From Verrucomicrobiia bacterium (GTDB taxonomy: Bacteria; Verrucomicrobiota; Verrucomicrobiia; Limisphaerales; UBA1319), in NCBI GenBank assembly GCA_963664225.1, contig OY760937.1:832001-896000 (forward strand): a stretch of DNA of 64,000 bases, in the 5' to 3' direction. Shown piece by piece: positions 19,331 to 28,719 of the stretch. The translations under genes were made by a program, and so were the position numbers. Positions within the stretch are counted from its first letter, which is position 1; each line of letters starts with the position of its first letter. The notes beneath the pieces are model-generated. The model did not search any database, had not been told where the DNA came from, and was given only the letters and a program-made list of their open reading frames with translations.

Positions 19331-20464
19331 ATGACAATAAAACAATCGCGTCGGCTGATTTATGGGACGGTTTTGTTCATCGTGTTTTCCATTGGCGGGG
19401 CATTTGAGCTTTGCGCGAGCGATGTTGTTCAGAGCACAAATACTAACGATAACGCCTCCGCCAGCCCGGCATGGACTGAGATTCTAAACGCGATGCAGCG
19501 GCTTGAGACTCCGCGCGAATGGGCCACGAACCGGCCCGCGCCTGAAGCTCTGGCGAAATTTCGGCAGAAACAGGCGGACGCAGCCGTGGAAGTGGCCGCC
19601 AGGGCGCAGGAGTTTTACCGTCGGTTTCCCAACGATCCACGGGCATCGGAAGCCAGACTCAAAGAGCGGGAGATCCTTGGACAGGCTGAGCGTTTTGGCA
19701 ACGATAAAGCCCGCGCGCGACTGGCGGAACTTGATGCGGCCAGACTCAAGGACGAGTCCACCAGCGAGGATGAGCGGTTTGAAATCGGGCTTTCGCGCCT
19801 GCAGCGGGAAACCCGGCAGCAGATGACGAATGCCGCCGGGATGGATGCCGCGCTGGAGGTGTATGCAAATGGAGCACGGCAATTGTTGAAGGATTTTCCA
19901 AAACGTGAGGAACCTTGGGAGATGCTGCTGGCTGTGGCGATGAAGGCTCCGGAAGCGAAGGCGCGGATTCTGGCCCGGGAAATTGTCGAGGGGACGGCAT
20001 CAGAGGCGGTCAAGACGCAGGCGCGCGCGGTTTTGAATAAACTGGAACTGTTGGGCAAACCGTTTCAACTGAAGTTCACGGCCCTGGATGGCCGGGAGGT
20101 GGATTTGTCGAAAATGAGGGGAAGGGTGGTGTTGGTCGATTTTTGGGCCACATGGTCCGGACCGTATGTAGCCCAATGGCCGCAGTTCAAGACGGCATGT
20201 CAGATCTGGCAAAACATGGGTTGTGAGGTCGTGGGGATCAGTTTCGACACGGACAAGGAGACATTGAAGACGTTCCTGGCCGGGGAAAAAGTGGAATGGC
20301 CGCAGTATTTCGACGGGCAGGGCTGGAAGAATAAGATCGGTCTGGAGAACGACATTAAGAGCCTGCCCGCCTTGTGGCTGATCGATAAGAAGGGGATTTT
20401 GCGCGATCAGAATGCGAGGGACAATTTTGAGCAGAAGGTGAAGAAGTATCTGGCGGAGAAATGA
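19331..20464 (+). CDS. TlpA/ResA-like thioredoxin-fold protein lacking CxxC
   Basis: GRVVLVDFWATWSGPY, GISFD, LIDKKG motifs; helical N-domain; signal peptide. Confidence 0.85.
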   Translation: MTIKQSRRLIYGTVLFIVFSIGGAFELCASDVVQSTNTNDNASASPAWTEILNAMQRLETPREWATNRPAPEALAKFRQKQADAAVEVAARAQEFYRRFPNDPRASEARLKEREILGQAERFGNDKARARLAELDAARLKDESTSEDERFEIGLSRLQRETRQQMTNAAGMDAALEVYANGARQLLKDFPKREEPWEMLLAVAMKAPEAKARILAREIVEGTASEAVKTQARAVLNKLELLGKPFQLKFTALDGREVDLSKMRGRVVLVDFWATWSGPYVAQWPQFKTACQIWQNMGCEVVGISFDTDKETLKTFLAGEKVEWPQYFDGQGWKNKIGLENDIKSLPALWLIDKKGILRDQNARDNFEQKVKKYLAEK

Positions 20465-20534
20465 GAAGAGGGCGGAGGAAAATTGATAATGGATAATTGA
20501 CAATTGGGTCCCGTCCTAAAATAGGTTGTCCCTA

Positions 20535-20912
20535 ATGAGACAACAAAACAGTGTTCGAAGGGTGGGGATACGGTACAGTGAGTCGTTTAAAATGGCTGTG
20601 GTTCGGGAGCTGGAAGAGGGCGAAATGTCCTTTGAGGCGATGCGGCGAAAGTACGGCATAAAGGGCACGGGCACCGTCCAAAAGTGGGCTCGCAAGTACG
20701 GCAGGGGCGATTTAGGAAAGGTCATACGCGTGGAAACACCTAAAGAATTCAATGAACGGGATCAAATGAAGAAGCGAATCAAGGCTTTGGAGAAAGCGTT
20801 GGCCGATGCGCACATCGATCTGGCGATCGAGCGTGCCACCATCCAAGTGGCCTGCGAACGGGCGGGGATTAAGGATGTGGCGGAGTTCAAAAAAAAAGTG
20901 GCTGGGAAATAG
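20535..20912 (+). CDS. IS3 transposase OrfA (HTH)
   Basis: RYSESFK..VV...RKYGI...W.RKYG motif; ends in KKK at the A-run. Confidence 0.9.
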   Translation: MRQQNSVRRVGIRYSESFKMAVVRELEEGEMSFEAMRRKYGIKGTGTVQKWARKYGRGDLGKVIRVETPKEFNERDQMKKRIKALEKALADAHIDLAIERATIQVACERAGIKDVAEFKKKVAGK

Positions 20913-20950
20913 CCCATTGTGCGGTCAGGGGAGGTTCGGCGGATCAGGAG

Positions 20951-21787
20951 GTGCCGGTCAAAGGGGTGTGTCGCCGACTGGGGATGAGCCGCCAGAACTT
21001 CTATGCGGGGCGCACGCGGCGGATGCGCAAGAAAGTGGAGGGCGACCTTGTGGCGGATTTAGTGCGTCAGGAGCGCAGGAAGCATCCGCGGATCGGGGCG
21101 CGAAAGCTCCACAGGACGATCAAGCCAGCCCTGGAAAAGGCCGGAGTAAAAATGGGGCGGGACCGCCTGTTTGAAGAGTTGCGAGAGCGGGATTTGCTGG
21201 TGCCGCCGCTGCCCCGGCAATGGCCCCAGACAACCCATTACAATCCCAGTTTGCCGGTGTTTCACAATGAGATCAAGGAACGGGAGGTGAAGCGGGCCAA
21301 TGAGGTTTGGGTGGCGGATATGACCTATGTGCGGACCGACGAGGGTTTTTTATATGTGTCGCTGATCACGGATAAGTATTCGCGCAAGATCGTGGGTTTC
21401 CATGCCGATGAGACGCTGGAAACCAGGGGGACGCTTGAGGCGTTGGAGATGGCGCTGGCGGCACTGCCCAGGGGATTCAATCCGATCCATCATTCGGATC
21501 GTGGCTGTCAGTATGCCAGTCATGAGTATGTGGATCGGTTGAAGTTGGGCGGCCTGTCCATCAGCATGACGGAGGAGGATCATTGCGCGGAGAATGCGAT
21601 GGCCGAACGGGTCAACGGCATCCTAAAGCAGGAGTATGGCATAGGGTATGGATTTAAGACCAAGGCGCTGGCGCGCAAAGTAATCAGTCAGGCTGTCAAT
21701 CTCTACAATACGCGCCGATTGCATACGGCATTGAATTACCAGGTGCCCGAGGCCGTTCACATCCGGGGAACCGTCGAGTATAACTAA
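20951..21787 (+). CDS. IS3 transposase OrfB (rve DDE)
   Basis: WVADMTY, HHSDRGCQY, ENAMAERVNGILKQE; probably fused to OrfA by frameshift. Confidence 0.92.
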   Translation: MPVKGVCRRLGMSRQNFYAGRTRRMRKKVEGDLVADLVRQERRKHPRIGARKLHRTIKPALEKAGVKMGRDRLFEELRERDLLVPPLPRQWPQTTHYNPSLPVFHNEIKEREVKRANEVWVADMTYVRTDEGFLYVSLITDKYSRKIVGFHADETLETRGTLEALEMALAALPRGFNPIHHSDRGCQYASHEYVDRLKLGGLSISMTEEDHCAENAMAERVNGILKQEYGIGYGFKTKALARKVISQAVNLYNTRRLHTALNYQVPEAVHIRGTVEYN

Positions 21788-21998
21788 GAAGCCATACCGG
21801 CCTGAGAGGGGAGGGTCCGCGCCACAGTGCCCCTTCGGGTCCACTACGGCATTGGCACTTCGTGCCAAAGCCTCCGTTCCCCCGAAGGGGCACTGCTCTC
21901 CTCCTGAAGGTGTGGGACAGTAGGAAGATTCCCTCCGACCGGAAACCGAAAGAAATAAGACTCAGGAAAAAGTGACAAATTTAAACCAGGACTTGACC

Positions 21999-22552
21999 GG
22001 GTGCAGGGCGGAGGGGAGAGGAAAAACGAACATCCAACAGCGAACATTCAACAATGAACCTCAAACTTGGCAAGGGCGGGGAAGCCACAGATTGGCACAG
22101 ATAAACACAGATTTGGGAAGGGCAGGATGGGAGAACGGCCCAGCGAAAAAGAGACCAATTCAAGCCAGGACTTGAACGGACCCGTGGCGAAATGAGATCA
22201 ACATGGATGGGCAGGATGGACAGGATTTTTAACCACGGATTTCACGGACGGCAGGGATGGGGAAAAAAGATTTAACCACATAGAGCTCATAGATCTCAAA
22301 GAAATAGGCGGGTGAAAACGGGGTTTTTAACCACGGATATCACGGATGGCACGGATATGGGAAAAAAGGATTTAACCGCATAGAACTCATAGAACACATA
22401 GAAAAGAAGGGGGAAGAAGACAGGATTTTTAACCACGGAAAGGGAGATTAATTTCGAGGCCGTAAGAAGGACGGGGTTTGGGCGGAGGGCAGAGGGCGGG
22501 GAAGCCACAGATTGGCACAGATAAACACAGATTTGGGAAGGGCAGGATGGCA
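21999..22552 (+). repeat. Mosaic of short imperfect tandem repeats (7-10-nt periods)
   Basis: CACAGATTGG/CACAGATAAA/CACAGAT (twice, ~55-bp direct repeat), AACCACGGATTTCACGGA, CAGGATGGACAGGAT, CATAGAACTCATAGAACACATAG, GGAGGGC. Confidence 0.85.
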
Positions 22553-22658
22553 AAGTGGAGTCGTTTTTACGAATGCTTCGGGGTTGACGGGATGCACGAG
22601 TTGGGCTTTGCTAAAGGGCAATCAAAATTCAGCACAAAACCAAAAACGAAACGATCCT

Positions 22659-23534
22659 ATGGCCAATCAAGTTTCACGCAGAACCGCGATCAGGACTTTT
22701 GCAGGAAGCGCGGCATTTTTGGGCGCAATGAGCGCCACGCCGACTTCCCTCCTGGCGCAAGACGAGGCGCAGCTCAAGGGGAACATCAATCATTCGGTTT
22801 CCCGCTGGTGTTATGGGGGCATCAGCCTGGACGATCTTTGTGTCGCCGCAAAGAAAATGGGAATCAAGTCCATTGAACTGCTCGGCCCGGACGAATGGGC
22901 CACGGTTCAAAAGCACGGATTGAGTTGCGCGATGTGCAATGGGCCGGACAGCATTGGCTACGGCTTCAATCGTGTGGAACATCACGATAAGTTGGTGGCG
23001 GGCTTCGAGAAGATGATTCCTGAAGTGGCGAAATATGGATTTCCCAACATCATTTGCTTCTCGGGTAACCGCGGCGGGATGGATGACGCCGAGGGGCTCA
23101 AGAATTGCGTGACCGGGTTGAAACGGGTGATGAAGCTGGCTGAGGACAACAAAGTGACGGTTGTGCTGGAGCTTCTGAACAGCAAGGTGGACCACAAGGA
23201 TTACATGGCGGATCATTCGGCCTGGGGTGTGGAGTTGTGCAAGGCGGTGGGTTCCGAGCGGCTCAAACTGCTCTTCGATATTTATCACATGCAAATCATG
23301 GAGGGGGATATCATACGCTCGATCCGGCAGAATCATCAGTATTTCGGGCATTATCACACGGGTGGAAATCCCGGCCGCAACGAGATCGACGAGACGCAGG
23401 AGCTGAATTACTCCGCGATCATGAAGGCCATCGTTGAGGTGGGATACAAGGGCTTTGTGGGGCAGGAATTCATTCCCAAGCAAAAAGACGCGCTCAAATC
23501 CCTGGCTCAAGCCATCCGGATTTGCGACGTGTGA
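22659..23534 (+). CDS. Tat-exported hydroxypyruvate isomerase-like TIM barrel
   Basis: SRR Tat signal; E.LNSKVDH, FDIYHMQ, GRNE, GQEF motifs. Confidence 0.88.
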   Translation: MANQVSRRTAIRTFAGSAAFLGAMSATPTSLLAQDEAQLKGNINHSVSRWCYGGISLDDLCVAAKKMGIKSIELLGPDEWATVQKHGLSCAMCNGPDSIGYGFNRVEHHDKLVAGFEKMIPEVAKYGFPNIICFSGNRGGMDDAEGLKNCVTGLKRVMKLAEDNKVTVVLELLNSKVDHKDYMADHSAWGVELCKAVGSERLKLLFDIYHMQIMEGDIIRSIRQNHQYFGHYHTGGNPGRNEIDETQELNYSAIMKAIVEVGYKGFVGQEFIPKQKDALKSLAQAIRICDV

Positions 23535-23564
23535 TCGGGTGCAAGGTTCGTTGCAGTAAAGTTG

Positions 23565-23595
23565 AAGGGCGTGGTCAAAGGCCGCGCCCTTTTTT
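23565..23595 (+). terminator. Rho-independent terminator
   Basis: aagggcgtggtc-aaa-ggccgcgccctt followed by a T-run. Confidence 0.75.
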
Positions 23596-24219
23596 CGTGC
23601 GGGTCCGGCAATGGTCAGATCTCAAATGACGACCGCCCTCCCCATGAACCCAAAGCGGGATGTCTTCCATTACAAGTTACATGGAAAGAAGTGGGTGAAG
23701 ATATATCAACATGGATAAGCAGGATGAGCAGGATTTTTAACCACTGACATCACGGATGGCACGGATGAGGAAATGGATAATTGAGAAATCGACCGGCAGC
23801 GAATTACAGAAAAGGGTTGACGTACGCCCTCATCCCGGCCTTCTCCCCCAGGAGAAGGAGGAGTATTGCGAGCCCTGGGTTTATTGCACGGTTTGGAGGA
23901 TGCCGCCGCGTGGGGTTTGTTCATGAAGAAAACTTCAATTGGAGGGGGAATTAAGGAACGCCCTCATCCCCGCCTTCCCCGAGAAGGGGGAGTATTGCGA
24001 GTCCTGGATTTATTGCACGGTTTGGACGATGCCGCCGTGCCGGACTTAATGCCCCACACCGACGACTGGCGTCCTGGCCGGGTTCGTACGGTTTAGGCTT
24101 TTACCAGCTTCCTGAATTGTGTCATGCACACTTTGTGAGGTTTGGTGCGTATGATGGATTGACGCATGGGGGATTAATTTGACAGGTTGGCGGTTGCAAA
24201 TTCAAAGAAAGAATACGCG

Positions 24220-25065
24220 GTGGAAATTAAAAAGGCGATCATCACGGCGGCGGGCAGGAATCAGCACACACTACCTTTGCAAACATTGGTGGACCGAGAC
24301 GGCACGCCGAAGGCGGCCTTGCGGATCATCATCGAGGAGGCGTTGCGGGCGGGGGTGGATTCGATTTGTCTGGTGGTGAATCCGGGAAGCCAGGCGGCTT
24401 ACGCGGCGGCGGCGGGAGAACATGCCGACCGGCTGGTATTTGTGGAGCAGGCCCAGCCATTGGGTTACGGCCACGCGGTGTGGTGCGCGAGGGAGTTTGC
24501 CGGGAACGCGCCCTTTTTGCTGCTGGTGGGCGATCATCTTTATGTGAGCCGCGGGCCGAAGACCTGCGCGCAGCAGCTTGTTGAAGTGGCGCGGTCCGAA
24601 TCGTGCAGCGTTTCGGCTGTTCAATCCACCCATGAGAGCAAGCTGCCATTTTATGGGACCATTGGAGGGCGCCTGCTGGCCGGAAGACAGCGGCTTTATC
24701 AGGTTGAGAATGTGGTGGAAAAACCGGCGCCGACACAGGCGGAGCAGGAGCTGATCGTGCCGGGATTGCGCGCGGGGCATTACCTGTGCTTTTTCGGCAT
24801 GCATGTCCTGACGCCTGCAGTGATGGATATTCTCGGAAAGATGGTGAAAACAGCAGGACCCGCGGGCGGATTGCATTTGTCCGCAGCGCTGGCGACGCTG
24901 GCGCATCAGGAAAAATATCTGGCCTACGAGGCGCGGGGCTGGCGTTACGACATCGGTTTAAAATACGGATTGCTCACGGCCCAGTTGGCGCTCGCATTGG
25001 ACGGCCAGGATCGCGAGGAAGTGCTCGCGGGTCTGGTGGAGTTGCTGGCCTTGCGCGCGGAATAA
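24220..25065 (+). CDS. Nucleotidyltransferase (GalU-like)
   Basis: [35 protein letters not shown] start. Confidence 0.85.
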   Translation: MEIKKAIITAAGRNQHTLPLQTLVDRDGTPKAALRIIIEEALRAGVDSICLVVNPGSQAAYAAAAGEHADRLVFVEQAQPLGYGHAVWCAREFAGNAPFLLLVGDHLYVSRGPKTCAQQLVEVARSESCSVSAVQSTHESKLPFYGTIGGRLLAGRQRLYQVENVVEKPAPTQAEQELIVPGLRAGHYLCFFGMHVLTPAVMDILGKMVKTAGPAGGLHLSAALATLAHQEKYLAYEARGWRYDIGLKYGLLTAQLALALDGQDREEVLAGLVELLALRAE

Positions 25066-25104
25066 GCGGGTCATTCCAAAAAACAAAGACATCCACGCTC
25101 AATC

Positions 25105-28100
25105 ATGTCCAGTCATTTAATCAGCATCATCACGGCCACGGATCCCGCCCTGAGAAACCAGCCGCTGGACGCCTTTTGCCATGCGGCGTCGATGCGGGAT
25201 CTGCTCCAGGAGTGCGCCGCGCTGGATGAGTTTCGCCGAAACCGCGACAATCTTTACGAGCGGGTCCGGGCGCTGTTTTTTCTTTATTCCATTCACCGCT
25301 TTCATCTGCCGACGAAAGAGGGAGTGCAAGGCCGTGGGAAGGTGTCTTTCGCCGGTTATGCTCATTTGCTTCAACGCCGGTTTGAGGAGGCGATCGACGT
25401 TTTCCTGGCCTGCCAAAAAACCGAGGGACCGAGCGATGCCACGTCGAGCGCATTGGCGCAGGCCTATCACAGCCTCGGGTTCCAAACTTTGGCAAACCAG
25501 GTGCGACGCAGCGTGCGCTCCGTGCGGGGCAACCAGTGGATGTTTCGCATGGGGCATCCGGCCGATCAGCCTCTGCGCATCCGGCCTGAATTGCTGAAGC
25601 GCTCCAGTGTCAGAGGGCCGTTCCCCATTTTGTGCGAGCGAACGCCGGTGCGCATGGATTTGTCGCACAGCGCGTGGAGCGACATTTTCTTTTTGGGGAT
25701 GGATTATCCCGAGGGCGCGCAGGTGCTCAATGTGTCCATCGATCTGGGAATACACGGACGGGACGCGGCGCCCAAACCGCCGGTGGAGGCTTATTTGCGG
25801 GTGATCGACGAGCCGGTGCTGCGGCTGACGAGTGTCGATTTGGGGGCGACGACCGATCTCTCGACGTTGAGCGAGGTGTTCGATTTTGCAAAGGATTACC
25901 TGGGATTGCTCAAGGCGGCGGTCATTGCGGCGGGCATCGTGCCTCCAGGAATCGAAGGCGCGGGGGAGGGATTGGCGGAGCTGCTGGCGCGGATGGTGGG
26001 GCCAGGGTGTGGATTGGAGCTGGTCAGCAACGTCAACAACATCCCGAAGGGGTCCCGCCTGGCGGTATCCACGAACCTGCTGGCGGCGTTGATCGGGGTG
26101 TGCATGCGCGCGACGGGGCAGGCCAAATCGCTGACGGGGCAACTCACGGAAAGCGAACGCCGGCTGGTGGCGGCGCGGGCCATTCTGGGGGAATGGCTGG
26201 GCGGGTCCGGAGGGGGATGGCAGGATTCGGGGGGCGTATGGCCGGGACTCAAGCTCATCAAGGGCGAGCAGGCGCGCGAGGGGGATCCCGAATGGGGGAT
26301 CAGCCGCGGGCGATTGCTGCCCGGGCATCGCATTCTGGGTGTCGAAGATGTTCCCCTTGCGACGCGGGAATCGCTGCAAAAGAGCCTGGTGCTGGTTCAC
26401 GGCGGCATGGCCCAAAACGTGGGGCCGATACTCGAGATGGTGACCGAGAAATACCTGCTGCGGTCGGAATCTGAATGGAAGGGACGCCAGGAAGCGGTTG
26501 GCCTGATGGGGGATGTTTTGGCAGCGTTAAAGAATAATGACATTCATGCCCTGGGTGGGATCACCACGCGGAATTTCTCAGGGCCGATTCAAACGATTAT
26601 TCCATGGGCCAGCAATTTATACACGGAGACGCTGATCGCGAGAGTGCAGAGCGAGTTCGGAGACGCTTTCTGGGGCTTCTGGATGCTGGGCGGCATGTCG
26701 GGCGGAGGCATGGGTTTCATGTTCGCGCCTGAGAAAAAGCAGGAGGCGCAGGAACGGTTGCTGGAAATCATGACGCGCACGAAAAAGGAGCTGGAGTGCG
26801 CGCTGCCGTTTGCGATGAACCCGGTTGTTTATGATTTTGCCATCAATGAGCAAGGAACGGTGGCGGGCCTGATGGAGGGGGACGAAGCGTTGCTGCCGGG
26901 AGGGTATTACGCGCTGCATGTGCCGCGGCTGCTTCGACTGGAGTCCCAGCAATTGACCTGGCAGAGGCGCGCGGAGTTGGATCGTTTCGGAGCGGCGTGT
27001 CGCACGAAACCCGAGTTGAAGGGAATGGTGCAGACGCTGTTTGAACGACTCTTTCCCCATCTCAACATGGAGGGATCTGGGCGCACAAACCTGAGCGGAT
27101 TGCTCGAGAGTTTTGGTTTTGATTCCGCGCAACACGAGCAGATTCGGGCCGACCTGAAGAATGGGCGCATTGGCCTGGCACAAAACCGCCTGCCTGCGAG
27201 CACAACTGTCCGCGATGTGCTTCCCGAGGATGTCTGCGATGCCACGGAGGGATTGCCGGAGGCGATGCGCAGCGTGGGACTGCGTGCTTTGAAAGAGGGC
27301 AGGGTGGCGGTGATGACACTGGCGGCGGGCGCTGGAAGCCGGTGGACACAAGGGGCCGGAGTGGCCAAGGCGCTGCATCCTTTCTGCAAATTGGGCGGGA
27401 AACATCGCACCTTTCTTGAGGTTCACCTGGCCAAGAGCCGACGCATCGGACGCATGGTGGACGCGTGGCTGCCGCATATCATCTCCACGAGTCATTTGAC
27501 GCATACGGCGATCGAGACGTTTCTGGCGCGGCAGCAGAATTATGAATATGCCGGAAAAGTGATGCTTTCACCGGGGCGTTCCGTGGGCTTGAGGATGATT
27601 CCCATGGTGCGGGATTTGCGTTTTGCCTGGGAAGAGATGCCGCAGCAAATGCTCGATGAGCAGGCCCAAAAAGTCCGTGAAAGCCTCCATTCCGCGCTCA
27701 TCGACTGGGCAACGCGCGCGGGGGAGGGCAACGATTACACGGACAACATTCCCACGCAATGCCTGCATCCGGTGGGGCATTGGTTCGAAGTGCCGAACCT
27801 TTTGAGGAATGGCGTGCTGCTCGAATTGCTGCGGACGCATCCCAAGCTGAATCATGTGATGCTGCACAACATCGACACGGTGGGCGCGGATGTCGATCCG
27901 GCCATTTTGGGACAGCACATGGAGAGTGGGGCTTGTCTGACATTCGAGATGATCACCCGGCGCATCGACGACCGTGGCGGCGGTCTGGCGCGGATTAATA
28001 ACAGGCCACGTCTGGTCGAGGGACTGGCCATGCCGCGCGAAGCTGACGAATTTGAGCTGAGCTACTACAACTCGATGACCACCTGGATCAACGTGGATCG

Positions 28101-28428
28101 TTTCCTGGAAACGCTGCAGCTCACGCGCGGAGAGTTGGACAATGAGACTCGGGTTGCCGAGGCCATTCGCCGTCTCAGCATGCGCATGCCCACTTACATA
28201 ACACTCAAGGACGTGAAGAAACGGTGGGGTCATGGGCAGGAGGATATTTTCCCCGTGGCGCAGTTCGAAAAACTGTGGAGCGACATGACCACACTGCCGG
28301 ACGTCCATTGCCAGTTTATCGTGGTACCCCGCAAGCGCGGGCAGCAGCTAAAGGACCAGGCGCAACTGGACGGCTGGTTGCGTGACGGTTCGGCCGCATA
28401 CGTGGACGGCCTCTGCGAGTGGGCGTAG
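25105..28428 (+). CDS. GHMP (fucokinase-like) kinase fused to UDPGP-family pyrophosphorylase
   Basis: PVRMDL, IPKGSRLAVS, GGGWQD, GGMSGGG (kinase); LAAGAGSRW, HPVGH, HNID, Q.EK (pyrophosphorylase). Confidence 0.8.
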   Translation: MSSHLISIITATDPALRNQPLDAFCHAASMRDLLQECAALDEFRRNRDNLYERVRALFFLYSIHRFHLPTKEGVQGRGKVSFAGYAHLLQRRFEEAIDVFLACQKTEGPSDATSSALAQAYHSLGFQTLANQVRRSVRSVRGNQWMFRMGHPADQPLRIRPELLKRSSVRGPFPILCERTPVRMDLSHSAWSDIFFLGMDYPEGAQVLNVSIDLGIHGRDAAPKPPVEAYLRVIDEPVLRLTSVDLGATTDLSTLSEVFDFAKDYLGLLKAAVIAAGIVPPGIEGAGEGLAELLARMVGPGCGLELVSNVNNIPKGSRLAVSTNLLAALIGVCMRATGQAKSLTGQLTESERRLVAARAILGEWLGGSGGGWQDSGGVWPGLKLIKGEQAREGDPEWGISRGRLLPGHRILGVEDVPLATRESLQKSLVLVHGGMAQNVGPILEMVTEKYLLRSESEWKGRQEAVGLMGDVLAALKNNDIHALGGITTRNFSGPIQTIIPWASNLYTETLIARVQSEFGDAFWGFWMLGGMSGGGMGFMFAPEKKQEAQERLLEIMTRTKKELECALPFAMNPVVYDFAINEQGTVAGLMEGDEALLPGGYYALHVPRLLRLESQQLTWQRRAELDRFGAACRTKPELKGMVQTLFERLFPHLNMEGSGRTNLSGLLESFGFDSAQHEQIRADLKNGRIGLAQNRLPASTTVRDVLPEDVCDATEGLPEAMRSVGLRALKEGRVAVMTLAAGAGSRWTQGAGVAKALHPFCKLGGKHRTFLEVHLAKSRRIGRMVDAWLPHIISTSHLTHTAIETFLARQQNYEYAGKVMLSPGRSVGLRMIPMVRDLRFAWEEMPQQMLDEQAQKVRESLHSALIDWATRAGEGNDYTDNIPTQCLHPVGHWFEVPNLLRNGVLLELLRTHPKLNHVMLHNIDTVGADVDPAILGQHMESGACLTFEMITRRIDDRGGGLARINNRPRLVEGLAMPREADEFELSYYNSMTTWINVDRFLETLQLTRGELDNETRVAEAIRRLSMRMPTYITLKDVKKRWGHGQEDIFPVAQFEKLWSDMTTLPDVHCQFIVVPRKRGQQLKDQAQLDGWLRDGSAAYVDGLCEWA

Positions 28429-28506
28429 AATGCGGGAGCGCGGGCGGCGGCAGGGAATGGGCGCATGACAAAATTCTTCGGTGAAAGAGCAAGGATTCTT
28501 AATGAA

Positions 28507-28555
28507 GCCCCTCTCTCCGGCTCTCTCCCCGTTCGTGCCTCACGGGGCGAGAGAG
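28507..28555 (+). repeat. Palindromic intergenic repeat (CCCTCTC..CTCTCCCC..GGGGCGAGAGAG)
   Basis: Near-identical copy at 34723-34771; degenerate relatives at ~17730, 17885, 23828, 23960. Confidence 0.75.
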
Positions 28556-28719
28556 AAGAATCGCGTGATCGGTTCTTTGGATCGGCTGTGTTCATTCACC
28601 CCATATTGTTCCATGTTGTTTTAAAGCCTTTTTCGGCTTTCTGAAGAAATTTATCCTGCACCCGTTCGGAATGATCGAGCTGGATTGACCTGGGAACCGG
28701 GTGCCGCTATGGTTTGCGC

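Larger units (their letters stand above)
20507..21998 (+). mobile_element. IS3-family element copy 2 (intact)
   Basis: IRL ggtcccgtcctaaaataggttgtccc, IRR (rc) ggtcaagtcctggtttaaatttgtcac; orfA + orfB; A9G slippery site at ~20889-20898. Confidence 0.92.

Noticed and set aside
1..21998. Composite transposon formed by the two IS3 copies
   Set aside because: The interval holds core genes such as lptD, copy 1 is dead, and its left end is outside the window; independent insertions are simpler.
22161..22180. IS3 right-end echo (caagccaggacttgaac)
   Set aside because: Only ~12 nt match; could be chance, with no other IS sequence attached.
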